Assembly: GCA_951406725.2 (NCBI GenBank) | Contig: OX597817.1 | Span: forward strand, 79,546,001 to 79,610,000 | Reading direction: 5' to 3' | From: Octopus vulgaris | Taxonomy: Eukaryota | Length of the DNA stretch: 64,000 nt | Shown: positions 1 through 12,804 of the stretch, piece by piece | Layout of the letters: every line of letters begins with the position of its first letter | Numbering within the stretch: the first letter of the stretch is position 1 | The notes under the pieces: generated by a model | Seen by the model: only the letters and a program-made list of their open reading frames with translations | Told to the model about the DNA's origin: nothing | Databases searched by the model: none | Translations under genes and position numbers: made by a program

Positions 1-72
1 CCCCATCAAATTTATGGATTTTTGCAACTATCAGAAAGTTATCTTCATTAATAATAATTGTGGAAAGATGAG
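1..72 (+). CDS. candidate exon, 5' end cut by window; PIKFMDFCNYQKVIFINNNCGKM(R); product unknown
   Basis: Frame 2 is open up to donor GAG|gtaata. The phase-2 end joins the phase-2 start at 6933 (AG+G=Arg). No homology recognised. Confidence 0.3.
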
Positions 73-231
73 GTAATACTTTAGATAATAAGGCTTAGTA
101 AAGGGATTCAACATTCATCATGAATAATTCATGTCTATGTGGAAGTAAACATGGAGGAACGAGAAAAGAGGTATAAAGAGAGTTGTATATATGTACACAT
201 GCATGTGTGTGTGTATATATATATATATATA

Positions 232-453
232 AAGAGTTGGCCAAAAGTCACCTGACAGTAAATCAAAACCATCTAATTCCAAGATTTATTTATGTTTAAC
301 AACTGAATGAATTTAATAAAAGCATCTAGATATGAAACATCATGACAATTGTTCAAACTGAAGTCCTTCTTGAGCAACACCATTTTCCTAAAATTGAGTA
401 TTAAGTATTTATAGAATTTTGGTTAACTGTCGGGTGACATTTGGCCAACTCTG
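232..453 (-). mobile_element. Tc1/mariner-type MITE
   Basis: ~36-bp TIRs: (C)AGAGTTGGCCAAAAGTCACCTGACAGTAAATCAAA versus the reverse complement of 417-453. Flanked by TA. The internal minus strand reads VAQEGLQFEQLS*, like a transposase C-terminus. Confidence 0.85.
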
Positions 454-1022
454 TATGTGTGAGTATTAAAACAAAATTTTATATAGAGTTACCCAAGGTT
501 TCGCACCCACAAAGCAAAGCCATATGGACAGCTCATCATATGGACAATCTAGGGATCTACTTTTTAGAATGTGCTTCTTTCTCATATTTATATATATATA
601 TATAGATAGATAGATAGGTGTAAAAAAGGTTGAATTTAGATTCGTCCTTTAATTTGGAGGTTTCCAAAAAAGATTCCTAATATTGATTCTTCATATTTTG
701 CTGGTAATTTACAGGCGTAAATTTGTGAATATGAAAATAATACTTGTATATGGTGTGTTGTGAATTTACGGACAGAAATCCCATAAAACTTAACAATTTA
801 ACTAAAAATGAAGAAGAGAAGTTGTTAAAATATATATAAGATAATTTTAATATATATATTAATATTTTACAGTAATGAACTGTGTATTCATTTTCATTCT
901 TAAAACTGTTTAGCAGATTTGAACATAAATATGTTAGTCACTTTTGTATTACATCTTTGAAGAATCCCTTCTTCCTATGGACAATGTGGGCTGAGAACAC
1001 AAAATTCAGTATAGAAACAAGT

Positions 1023-1069
1023 CTCTAAGATACAGGCATTTTGACATGACTGTGTCCCTTCAGCTAAAG
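1023..1069 (-). ncRNA. degenerate minimal type-I hammerhead ribozyme
   Basis: Minus strand: CTTTAG CTGAAGG GACA cagtca TGTC AAAAT gcctgt ATC TTAGAG. Stem II is perfect, stem I pairs, and the core is mutated. Confidence 0.55.
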
Positions 1070-1354
1070 CTATTCCTGGATACCAGATCCAAACAGGACA
1101 TGTGGTCTTTGTTTATAGAATTCAGAAAACATATTTACTCATGTATGCTGGTGCCTGCCAAATCAATATTAGGTTATAGTGAGCTTATAAAGCAGTGAGA
1201 ACGAAAAGCAATGATGTAAATATTCATTTTTAGCATCTTCCTGCAGATTTCAATGTGAATATGTTAACCTCTGTTGTATTTCCCTTTTAGACAACAACCT
1301 CGCCCTTCAGAGGATGTGTGCTAACAACACACACAATCCGATGATGAAGGAAAT

Positions 1355-1401
1355 ATTTAAGAGACTAGTGTTTCAACATTATTGTATGTCTTCAGTTGAA
1401 G
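1355..1401 (-). ncRNA. degenerate minimal type-I hammerhead ribozyme
   Basis: Minus strand: CTTCAA CTGAAGA CATA caataa TGTT GAAAC ACTAGT CTC TTAAAT. CUGANGA and GAAA are intact; stems and cleavage triplet have decayed. Confidence 0.55.
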
Positions 1402-2198
1402 TTACCTGAATGTCAATAAGCATGGTAGTTCTTGTTTATAGAATTCAGAAAACAAATTATTTGCTGAAATATGCTGATGTCTGTCAAGTCAATGATAATA
1501 TATTATGAGCATGTACTGCAGTAGAAATCAAAATAATGATGTATATATTCTTTGTTAACACTTGTTGGTAGCAACAATGATTTTTTTTTTTTTTTTACAA
1601 ATACTACTGCTGATAAGAATGGCTTCCATTTCTATGATTTTACATACCTCTTAAGTCACCTGGGTTTCTTCCTGGCGAGATTAATGCAAAATTATGACAA
1701 AAATTTCATTCAACAAATCTTGCTCCAAGCATATGTTCAAACATCCAGACATACATGCATGAATTTACAAACACACACAAAATATCACACCATTATTAAA
1801 TACTCATGTACTGTTTCAGCCTAAGGGTAATGTTCAGCATACAAGTGCCTCGGGTATACTCAGTCGATTATTCTATAATTCAATGCACAGGAAGTACACT
1901 TGATTGAGCAATTACAATACTCAACAATTCATGGATGAAACAACTCACAATACATTAACTAGCACAGCTTTATGATGTGCAGTGAATGCAGTGTTCAAAT
2001 CCTGCAGGCAATGTTACAACTTTTTTTCATCTCCCATGTGACACACACACACACACACACACACATTGTATGTGAGTGTATCATCAACATCAGTATAATT
2101 TAATGTCCATCTTCAATGTATATATGCAAAATATCAACATATATACATACATGTGTACATGTATGTGTGTATTTACACATACGTACATCCATACATAC

Positions 2199-2413
2199 AC
2201 ACATACTTATATGGATATGTATGTGCAAGTGTTACTATGAGTATGCATATATATGTGTATATATATTTATATATATATATATATACATACACATGCATGC
2301 ACGTATGCATACACACACATGTGCATGAACAAACGCACACACTCACATGTATATATATAGACAGATAGATATATATATCGATATATAGTATGCATGTATG
2401 TATGTGCGTCTAT

Positions 2414-2449
<36 letters not shown>

Positions 2450-2668
2450 TAATATGTATGATATGTATGTATGTAAAAAAGGTACATATATATCGATATA
2501 TCTATCTGTCTATCTATATATATACATGTGAGTGTGTGCTTTATTCATGTGCATGTGTGTGTATGCATACGTGCATGCATGTGTATGTATATATATATAT
2601 AAATATATATACACATATATATGCATACTCATAGTAACACTTGCACATACATATCCATGTAAATGTGT
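2199..2668. repeat. long inverted repeat (arms ~2199-2387 and ~2487-2668)
   Basis: The non-periodic string ATGGATATGTATGTGCAAGTGTTACTATGAGTATGC recurs as its reverse complement at ~2623-2658, and the match extends over ~185 bp. Confidence 0.9.
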
Positions 2669-2801
2669 ACAGCATACGTATGTGTGGAAAGGGCTATGAC
2701 TATGTTAAGAAATAGGTAAATACAAAGACATACTGATGGTTACACAGCCAAATAAAAGCAGATCTGGCTAGCTAGCTAACAATATATTGAGAGACAGACA
2801 A

Positions 2802-2802
<1 letters not shown>

Positions 2803-2884
<82 letters not shown>
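2803..2884. repeat. (GATA)n microsatellite
   Basis: Directly visible. Confidence 0.95.
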
Positions 2885-2885
<1 letters not shown>

Positions 2886-3502
2886 AGAGAGAGGGATAAA
2901 ATAGACAGCTCGACAGACAGACAGATAAATAGACAGACCTGTTGTTTGCCAAACGGGTTTGCTGATGTGTGTTAGCTTTAAACATCGGGTAGTATTGTTG
3001 ATAGAACCAATTGGCACTCCTACAAGACATTACTGAGTTCCAGGAGGATATTTCAAAGCCAACTAGTGTAGTGAAAGCTTCAGGATGTTTGGCCTTTGGG
3101 TATTTATTTTATTTTATTTTTTTGTGTATTTTTGTTCCTCATTTTGTTGTTATTGATATTGTTGTTGTTGTTTTCGTCATGTTTTTGTTATTTTATTATT
3201 ATCATTATTATTTTTGTTTGTGCTATGCCAAAACATTATTTGCTAGCATAAGTGACTGCAAATCTGTAACCTTCTTCAAATAAAGTTATAGATTTGGAAC
3301 AGAAATTATATATGTTTCTATGTGTGCATGTACCTACATAAATACACACACACATATATGTATATGTATATATGTGTTTGTGTGTATACATATATATATG
3401 TATATATATGTATGTATATATATATACACATATACATACATATGTATGTATATGTATACACATAGGTATGTATATATTTATATATATATGTATGTATGTG
3501 TG

Positions 3503-3541
<39 letters not shown>

Positions 3542-3929
3542 CCACACATATTTATTCATACATATATGCGTATATGTTTTTGTGTATATATATACACATG
3601 AATATGTGGGTGTATAGTAAGAGACATATTTATGCATTTTTTATATAGATGCACAACAGAAAATACATTACATACAAATGCACACTCATTCACACACACA
3701 CATTTCCATATATGTTCATTTTTGTGAGCATATGTATATATATATATATATATATACACATGTATATATACACACACATCCATATATACATATATATATA
3801 TTTATATACATCTGGGTAAATATATGTACATATGTATCTGTATTTGTATAATATGCATATCTGTGTAACCTTGAGTGTATATATATATACATATATACAT
3901 TAGTATATATATAAATAATGTATATATAA

Positions 3930-4033
<104 letters not shown>

Positions 4034-4597
4034 AATATATGTGTGTATGCATGTGTGTGTTTGCATGTGTGTGTGTGTGTGTACTTGTGTGTATACATGT
4101 AGTACTGAGTGCTTGATTTTGGGTGGCTTTTTTTTCTACTTGTCTTCTTTCACAACGCTCAGAGTTAAAGAAATGATTTCAACATTCCTTCTTCTATTGT
4201 GTTTGCCTCCTCTTTCATTTCTTTCTATTTCCTTTAGGATTTAGCAGAGATTTCATTTTAGCAAAAACTGCTTAGTATTGAGTTATTGTTGCTGTTCTTG
4301 TTGTGTAGCCCCAAGTTAGCACTAATTGAACAGGTCTATACATAATCAAAATTTTTTTAACCATGACCCTCCTCACTTTTCTTTCTTTTCTCAAGTATTT
4401 GTATGTAACTAAGGCTGCCTTATGCAATATACCCCTTGCTTTTCAAGATGCTAAGGGTTCATTTTGATGAGGTGAGATTGATTGCTATTTTTAGCAAGCT
4501 GAGTGACCATGGATTAGTACATGTATATGTAGCAGTATAATGGCTTCAGGAACTAAAATCAATAGATTACTGACCTGCATGCAGGGAAGTTCATTAT

Positions 4598-5282
4598 GAG
4601 ACCTTTAATGTACAAAATGTAAAAAAAAGTTAACAGATTGAACTACTATGAAAGAAAATATTAAAACTCACTTTTGTTGTTCTTGCATAGTTTCAAACCA
4701 GCTCTGGTTATCAAGCAGTGAAAAGACAATGTTACACACACATACACATATATACATTCATAGCAGTAGTAAATACATATAGTTATAATCTGATAAAGGA
4801 GAAGCAGTTTTCTTGAGACTAACACAACAGTGATTACCATATTTCTGTTCAAACCAGCCAGAAGAAATATGCAATTCATTGGTTCAAATCTTACTCTTTA
4901 CCATGCAAGTGGCGATTTATTGTTCAAATTGAGACCCTTAATTTACAACATGTAACAAAAAAATTAACAGCTAGAAGTGCTCTGAAAGAAAATAGTAAAA
5001 CTCTCTTTTGTTGTACTTGTATAGTTACAGGGATGTAATCAAACCAACTCTGGTTATCAAGCAGTGATAAGACAAACATAAAACTACACACACACATATA
5101 CATTCATAGCAGTAGTGAAAACATACAGCAATAATCTGGTAAAGGTGAAACAGTTTTCTTGAGACTAACACAACACTGATTAGCATATTTCTGTTCAAAT
5201 CAGCCAAAAGTTATTAAGAATAAATATGCAATTCATTGTTTAAAATTTCCTTCTTTACCATGCAAGTGCAATTTATTGTTTC
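4598..5282 (+). repeat. tandem duplication (4598-4925 and 4931-5282) of the same unit family, opposite orientation to 874-1565
   Basis: The two copies share CTCTGGTTATCAAGCAGTG and CAGTTTTCTTGAGACTAACACAAC. The reverse complement GGCTGATTTGAACAGAAATATGCTAATCA matches AGCAGATTTGAACATAAATATGTTAGTCA at ~912. Confidence 0.8.
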
Positions 5283-5401
5283 TTAACTTTATCTTTTACC
5301 TTTTATTCATTTCTATTTTTGAACTGTTATTCATTTCTATTTTTTAGTTTCTTACAATTTCAAGGAATATAGAAAAGCAAAACATATAAGTTACATAAAA
5401 T

Positions 5402-5443
<42 letters not shown>

Positions 5444-5444
5444 G

Positions 5445-5640
5445 CAGCTGTGCTGGTGCCATGTAAAAACCACCCAGTAGACTCTGCAAAAAGTGGTTGG
5501 TGTTAGGAAGGGCAACGGACCGTAAAACAGACACACAGACGCTGGACCTAGTGCAGCCTCCAGCCTTACAGCTCCTGTCAAACCATCCAGCCCATGCCAA
5601 CATGGAAAATAGGCATTAAATTACGATGATGATGATGGTG
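5445..5640 (+). mobile_element. retroposon family D 3' part, (GAT)n tail, RTE-like end
   Basis: GTTAGGAAGGGCA...CCCATGCCAACATGGAAA is shared with copies at 7310-7520, 8040-8630, 11545-11870(-), 18815-19275(-), 27085-27300(-) and 40950-41200. Confidence 0.75.
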
Positions 5641-5844
5641 ATAAGACATGGCTGTGTGGTAAGAAGCTTGCTTCGCAATCACATTTTTCCAGGTTCATTC
5701 CCACTGCATGGCATCTTGGGCAAGGTTATCAAACTCCCACCTTCACCAAAAGCCAAACCCATAGAATTGACCAGTTAAAAGGTGATTACACTGGCAGTAC
5801 CCTAGCATCACTGCAGCCTCAAGGCTGAAACATAAAAGAATAAA

Positions 5845-5903
<59 letters not shown>

Positions 5904-6932
5904 GTATGTATATATGTATATGTATGTATGTATGTTTGTCTGCATCTATGTATGTATGAATTCTGAAAAATTTTATATTTTTTGTTCTTTATATACTTTG
6001 GTTGCAATTGAATAGTTTATTATCGTGACATTCAAAACCGTGTTCCATTCTTTGGTGGGGTGGGGAAGGACATACTTTATCATCCTAATATACTTTACAT
6101 TTTTAAATTGGTTTAATGTTATTTCATAGAAATGTGGTTGCTATTTCTAGCAGAGAAACTGATCCAGTAGAGGTTAATTTATTGGCTTTTGAGTGTCTCC
6201 TCTTGTGTTGTTTTTCATTTCTGTTGTCACTCCTGTCATGAGCATACTGTCTTTTATCCTTCCAGCTTACTATTGTCATGTAAAAAGAATTATATATCCA
6301 ATATCTCCGTTTTATTTTTAAAACACAGAATGTGCAGATGTTTTGAGAAAACTTTAGTTGTTATTTTTAGCTATAGAATCCTCCTTGACGTTTTAATGGT
6401 GTTGCCATTGTTGTTGTTGTTGTTATTGTTATTGTTGTCATCTGTTATGTCATCTGTCAGATCATTGTCATGTCACCTACTGTCGGTGCATCTGCAGTAA
6501 TCGCATAAAATCTGTCATTAATTTTATCTGATATATCTTAACCTTATTACATCTGTCGTAATCTCATCACATCTGTCATCAATTTCATCACATCTGGTGT
6601 TAATTTCATGTCTGCTATTTTATCTAAACCTTCTCTCTCTCTCTTACTCTCTCTCTCTCTCTCTCTCACACACATACATATACATACACACACATACACC
6701 CACTCAGACACTAAATAGTTATTTGTCAACTATTGATACTCTATCCAATATCTGTTGTTATTCTTGTTTCATCTATTATTGTTAGTATTTTAATGACCTA
6801 GTTTTCTTATGATAATTACTAATACAAGTTGTTGTTGCTGTAGTTATAATTACATACTCTTTTGCTTCCATTGTTTCTATATTTGTTGTTGATTTGACTT
6901 ATTGCTATGAATAGAGCATAAGCATATTGTAG

Positions 6933-7018
6933 GTATGACAAAATCGAGTGGCATAACATGGATCGCACGGAGTACACATCACATCCACTTAATAAATGCA
7001 TCTTTACTGTAGTAACTG
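6933..7018 (+). CDS. candidate exon YDKIEWHNMDRTEYTSHPLNKCIFTVVT; product unknown
   Basis: Acceptor tattgtag|G, donor CTG|gtatgt, open frame phase 2 to phase 1, in a unique-sequence island. Confidence 0.35.
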
Positions 7019-7657
7019 GTATGTTCCGTTTTAAGGAACAGAGTAGTCAGTTTGACTACTGCACAGGTGGCATAAAGCCATGCTAAGCAACTGACAAATC
7101 CACAATTTCTTTATTTAAATTGTATATCTAGGATACACTATTGAAAGCATAGTTTTATTTAGATAGCATGTTGTAGTTTGTGAACATAAGTGCAAGAATG
7201 GAATTTCCTTTGGGGATGTAAACCTAAGTTCAAAATATTTTACAAAAAAGGTCAATTTTTTTCAATCTTAATATCAAAACAAACACAGGTATAATAATTC
7301 CTCACTACTATGAGTGGCATACAAAAACCATCCAGTACACTCTTTAAAGTGGTTAGCATCACGAAGGGCATCCAACCATAGAAACCACACCAAAGTAGAC
7401 ATTTGAGCCTGATGCAGACCTGCAACTTGCCAGTTCCCTGTCAAACTGCCAATCCAATGCCATCATAGAAAGCAGACATTAAGTGATGGTGATGATGACT
7501 ATGACAACGACAATGACAATGACCAACTGCTGTTTCAGGCAGTTGTTACCAAAATGGCCAATTCCCTACCAGATGGGTTTTAAAACATGAACTACAAAAA
7601 TGAAGATTCAATAGAAGACATCAACAAGCAGAAATAAAAGAATCTACGTTAATGAAT

Positions 7658-7955
7658 GTGGAAGTACATGGCCTAGTGGTTAGAGCAGCGGACTCACTGT
7701 CGAGGGATCGTGGGTTCGAATCTCAGACCGGGTGATGAGTATGTTTATGAGTGAAACACCTAAGCTCCACACAGTTCCGGCAGAAGATAATGTTGAACTT
7801 CTGCTGATTCTTTCACCACAACTTTCTCTCACTCTTTCTTCCTGCATCTTGCAACTCACCTGCAACGGACCAGCGTCCCATCCAGGTGGGAAACCTGTAT
7901 GCCAAGGAAACTGGGAAACCAGCCCTCATGAGCCAGGCATGGCTTGAGAAGGAAC
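7658..7955 (+). mobile_element. tRNA-derived SINE family C
   Basis: A box TGGCCTAGTGG, B box GGTTCGAATC, and V-domain-like CCTGCAACGGACCAGCGTCCCATCCAG. Related to 48118-48420 and 54668-54964. Confidence 0.85.
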
Positions 7956-8039
7956 AAACAAACAAAACTCTAATGAATAAAACTTTGTTGTGGAATGTAT
8001 ATTTTTCTTGTTTATGAATATATATTTTAAGGCAAATAC

Positions 8040-8632
8040 AAGCAACCGAGACCTTTGGAGATATGCTGTGCTTCAGAAGACCTGGCAAGCCAAATGAGAT
8101 TGTAGCTGTGGCCGATGCCAGTGACGCATAACTAGCCCATTTAAAAGTGCCCCTTCAATCGTCAGGCAATATGCTGTGCTTTAGAAGACTTATTGAGGCA
8201 AGTGAAATCATAGTTGTTGCCGATGCCAGTGCCAGTGGTCTGTATAAAGCACCATTTGAGTGTGGTCGCTGCCAGTGCTGCCTGACTGGCTCCCGTGCCA
8301 GTGGTATGTAAAAAGCACCATTCGAGTGTGACCAATGCCAGTGCCACTTAGCTGGCTCCCATGCTGGTGGAACGTAAAAAGCACCCACTACACTCTCGGA
8401 ATGGTTGGTGTTAGGAAGAGCATGCAGCTGTAGAAACCATGCCAGATCAGATTGGAGCCTGGTGCAGCCTCCCAACTTGCCAGTCCTCAGTCAAACCATG
8501 CAACCTACGCCAACATGGAAAGCAGATGTTAAACGACGATGACAACGACGACGATGATGATGATGATGATGACGACGACGATAATGATGATGATGATGAT
8601 GCTGACGACGACGACATGATGATGATGATGAT
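8040..8632 (+). mobile_element. retroposon family D with internal tandem duplications
   Basis: Repeated AAAGCACCATT(C/T)GAGTGTG blocks, the family 3' end, and a (GAT/GAC)n tail. Confidence 0.75.
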
Positions 8633-9644
8633 GTATGTTGTGGTTCTTGACTATCAAAAAATGTTCATCATACATGTCCGTTCTTATCAAATGTCTTAAC
8701 CATCTCTGCTTTATTGCATGAATATTAAATCAACCCAATATCTAATTGGCAATTATAATTCTACACAAATCTAGAATGTTTTATAGGAATATCAGATTGA
8801 CCCAGTAGTTTGCCAGGTTCAGTTTTTATCTTAGTCTTTTATTATATTTTCTTTTACATCTAGGCTGCTTTATATTCAATATCTTAATTTCCACTGTAAT
8901 GTCTAGCAGGTTGTTCTAAGACAGCATGATAGGTTTATGAAACATATTAGACCTTTAATGAGATTTTAGGGAGTTAGTTCAGTGGCAGTCTGGCAGAATC
9001 CTTAGCATTCCAGGTGAAATGCACAGCGGTATTAAATCCGTCTTCTTTATGTTCTGAGTTCAAGTTCCACCATGGTCAACTTAGCATTTCGCTTATTTCA
9101 GGGTTGATAAAATATGTACTATTTGAGCACAAGGGTTGATGTAATTAATTTAAATACTCCTGAGTATAAAAACCTCTATATATCTTCCAAGCCATGTCAA
9201 TTCAGTGTGGCAGAATAGGCTCATCAAACCAGTATGAACTTAATCTCTAATTCATGGCCTCCGCATCAGACCATGACTGGTGGAGAGAACATACTGAGGT
9301 CTTCATCTTGCAGTGGGCTGAGTAGAGACAGTCCAATCAAATCCAGCCCAGCCCAGCATAGAGGCATGGACTCTTTATCTATCTGAGTCCTGGGCTAATG
9401 TGCTGCTGCGTCAACCAGGATTTTCCTGTCTTGGTTCCTGTCTTGGTTGATACATAAAGGAATACGTTATGCAAAATGACATTTCCTTCTCAAGACAGTA
9501 GCATGGCACTTAAGGGGGATTTGCTACTATGCTATGTAAAGGTTCTCTCACTGGTTTACATTTGTTGTCGGTCTTAGTATACTCTTTTACTCTTTTACTT
9601 GTTTCAGGAAGTAAAAGAGGAAAGGAAGTATAAGTTGAATATAA

Positions 9645-10150
9645 GTTATAAAGGAGGAGGAGGAGGACGAGAAGAAGGAGGAGGAGAGAGGAGGAAGAAG
9701 ACGAAGACGAAGAAGAAGAAGAAAAGAGGAGGAGGTGATGAGGTAGAGGAAGGGAGGAGGAGCAGAGGAGGGGATGAGTAGGAGGAGGGGAGGAGGAAGA
9801 GAAGGGGAGAGAGAAGAAGAAGAAAAGAGAAGGATGGGAAGAGGAGGTTGAAGGGAGGAGGGAAGGAGGAGGGGAGAGGAGGAAGAGAAGGAGAGGAGGA
9901 AAAAGTAAAGAGGAGGAGGGGATGAAGTGGGGAGGATGGGAGGAGGGGAAGGAGGAGATGTGATGGATAGTGGAGGAGGAAGAGGAGGGAAGGAGGAGAG
10001 GAGGATAAGAAGGGGAGGAGTAGGAGGACTATCATGACGACTATTACAACAACAACTACAAGAACAACAACCACAACAACAACAAGAGGAAGAACAAGAA
10101 GGAGAAGCAGGAGAAGGAAGGAGGCAAAGAGAGAGAGGGTAAGAGAGGAA
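9645..10150. repeat. polypurine (GGA/GAA)n low-complexity tract
   Basis: Directly visible. Confidence 0.9.
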
Positions 10151-10419
10151 ACAAAGAATAGAGTACAAGACAACATGTTATCTGGAGAATTACCTTAGAA
10201 TTATTTTTTGACCAAAAATCAGAAAGAAAGGAAGGAAGAAAGAAAGAAAGCGATGTTGTTGACATTTATATCCCGGTTCTAATGAGAGGTCTGCCTTGTT
10301 GGTTGTATTGTGACATTTCTAATTCTGTCTACAGTGGAACCAAGAAAAAATGACCATATGCAAATACAGAAACAACCATCCACATCTTGTTACTCTCAGA
10401 AATACAAGCAAACACACAC

Positions 10420-10457
<38 letters not shown>

Positions 10458-10513
10458 ACACAGGCACACATTTCTGTTCTCAGTAACACACACACACACA
10501 CATATATATATAC

Positions 10514-10560
<47 letters not shown>

Positions 10561-10668
10561 TATATATCGTGAGAGAGAGAAAGACATACATATAAACATA
10601 TATATATATACATTCATACACACACTCATATTATATATATTATATACATATATACATGTATGTATATT

Positions 10669-10715
<47 letters not shown>

Positions 10716-12159
10716 TATTTACATGTATTTATATATGTATATATATCTATGTGCCTGTGTGTGTATGTATGTATGTATGTATGTGTATATATACAGATTG
10801 AGAGAGAGGGGAGAGAAAGAAAGAAAGAGAGCAAGAGAGAAAGAAAAAAAGAGAGAGTTTGAAAATTAGCTAGCAGTACTGTTTAAGTCTTGGATGGATC
10901 TTATTTTGTGGCATTTGTTTCAACTCTTAGTGCAGTGAGTCCAAAATTGGCCAAGATCTATTTCATGTTCCATTCTTTCAGGTTTGGTAAAGGAATTACT
11001 AAGCTATTGGTGTAGGCATGGCTGTGGGATATAAAGTTTGTTTCCTATCTGCAAGGTTCTGTGGTAGTGCCAAAGGTAGTTTCGCTACCTTTGGCTAGTT
11101 TCTTTTTCTATAGCCCTGGGTTTCTATAGACCAGGGTTGACCAAAGACTTACTAATGTCAAATACCATAGCATGGAAAGAAAATATCAAATTTTGTTGCA
11201 TCTAATGGGGAGGGGGTCATTTCACCAATAATAAACACATGTATGGACTCAATTTCACTTCTTTATTATTATCTGTCAACCAAGATGATGCCCCAGCATG
11301 GCCACAGTCTAATGAATGAAGCAAATAAAAAGTAAAATTAAAAAGATAAGTTATTCAACACACAAGTTCACAAGAATCTTGCAAATTAAGTTAAATGTGA
11401 AATAGCTAACCAATTACTAAATAACAATAAAGAAGTGAGTTGAATCAGTGTGTGTATGTGTGTGTGTTTATTGGTGTAATGACCCTCCCAATATACCACA
11501 AAATCTTTTTCAACATATGAGTTTGGGTTCACATCAAGAATTTTGCAACATCAACATCATCATTTAACGTCTGTTTTCCATGCTGGCATTGGTCGGATGA
11601 TTTGACCAGAGCTAGTAAGGCCGGAGACCACACCAAGCTACTTTGTCTATTTTAGGATGGTTTCTACAGATGAATACCCTTCCTAGTGCAAACCACTCTA
11701 CAGAGTGTACTGCGTGCTATTTACATGGAAACCAGCACCAGTGTTTTTAATGTGGCACCAGCACCAGAGCATTTTAAGTGGCACCAACACCTGCATCAAT
11801 TCTGCTGTGATGGAGATAGGTCTTCTTGAGTAAACCAATGTGCCAGATATTTCAGCCCAACAAAATGTGATGACAGAAATACACAACACAGACCGAGGTG
11901 TGTAGTTTATGTGCAATCAACAAATTTACCATAACCACTAAAATTGAATGCCACCACCACCACCACCACCACCACCACCAATATCAACACCCCAATCACC
12001 AAAATATTTATTGTAATAATAAACACCAAACCAATCATAACACATCCATAACAATATCTTTATTTGCAATATCCTAAAAATCACAAAATCACTACAATAA
12101 TAATTACTACTACAACCATTCCCAGCAAAAACAATGATGAAAGTACCATAATCTTCCCA

Positions 12160-12655
12160 CTCCTATTTCTCTTCTTTTTCCTCTGCCTCCTCCCCTTCCT
12201 TCTCATCCTCCTTTTCTTCCTTTCACTCTCCTCTTATCATCATCATCATCATCATCATCATCATCTTCACCAACACTATCCACCTCTTTACCCTCCGCTT
12301 TCTCCTCCTCCTTCTCCTCTTCCTCCTCCTCTTCCTCCTCCTATTCTCCTCTTCCCCTTCCCCATTTTCTTCTTCCTTTCCCCTCTCATCTTCCTCCACC
12401 TTTTCCTCCTGTTCCTCCCCTTCCTCCTTTTCTCCTCATCTTTCTCCTCTTCCTCTTCCACCTCTTCCTCAACCCCCTCCTCTACCTCTTCCTCTACCTC
12501 TTCCTCCACCTCTTTCTCCAACTCTACCTCTTCCTCTACCTCTTCCTCCACCTCTTTCTCCAACTCTTTCTCCAACTCTTCCTACTACCCCTGCTTCTTC
12601 TTCTTCCTTCTCCCCCTCCCCTCATCATTTTCACCACCATCATCATCATTGTCAT
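12160..12655. repeat. polypyrimidine (CCT/CTT)n low-complexity tract
   Basis: Directly visible. Confidence 0.9.
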
Positions 12656-12804
12656 GAACATCGTTATTATCCTTGTCACCATCTCTCCGCACAAACAGTT
12701 GCATCATTTCTTCATGGAACGAATTGTAAACAAAGGCAGGGAAAAGTAAATAAAATGAAAAAAAAACAGCAAAAACAATAGTGGTAGTCTCAATGACAAC
12801 AACA

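Larger units (their letters stand above)
874..1565 (-). repeat. tandem copies of ~330-bp hammerhead-bearing unit (retrozyme-like)
   Basis: Homologous blocks start at 874, 1210 and 1535. TTGTTTATAGAATTCAGAAAACA occurs at ~1109 and ~1432. Confidence 0.75.

Noticed and set aside
1291-1383. Apparent exon NNLALQRMCANNTHNPMMKEIFKRLVFQHY with good AG/GT ends
   Set aside because: It lies inside the 330-bp repeat unit, and sister copies do not keep the frame or splice sites.
1341-1410. Possible C/D-box snoRNA (ATGATGA...CTGA)
   Set aside because: No terminal stem, no convincing rRNA guide, and the boxes are not conserved in sister copies.
6440-6615. Degenerate ~21-bp repeat (CATCACATCTGTC..)
   Set aside because: An ordinary decayed minisatellite with no coding or structural signal.
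7658-7735. tRNA gene-like sequences at SINE 5' ends (also 18395, 53524, 61518)
   Set aside because: They are tRNA-derived SINE heads that continue into SINE bodies.
10334-10408. Good acceptor tctaattctgtctacag followed by an open frame
   Set aside because: There is no plausible donor before the (CA)n tract.
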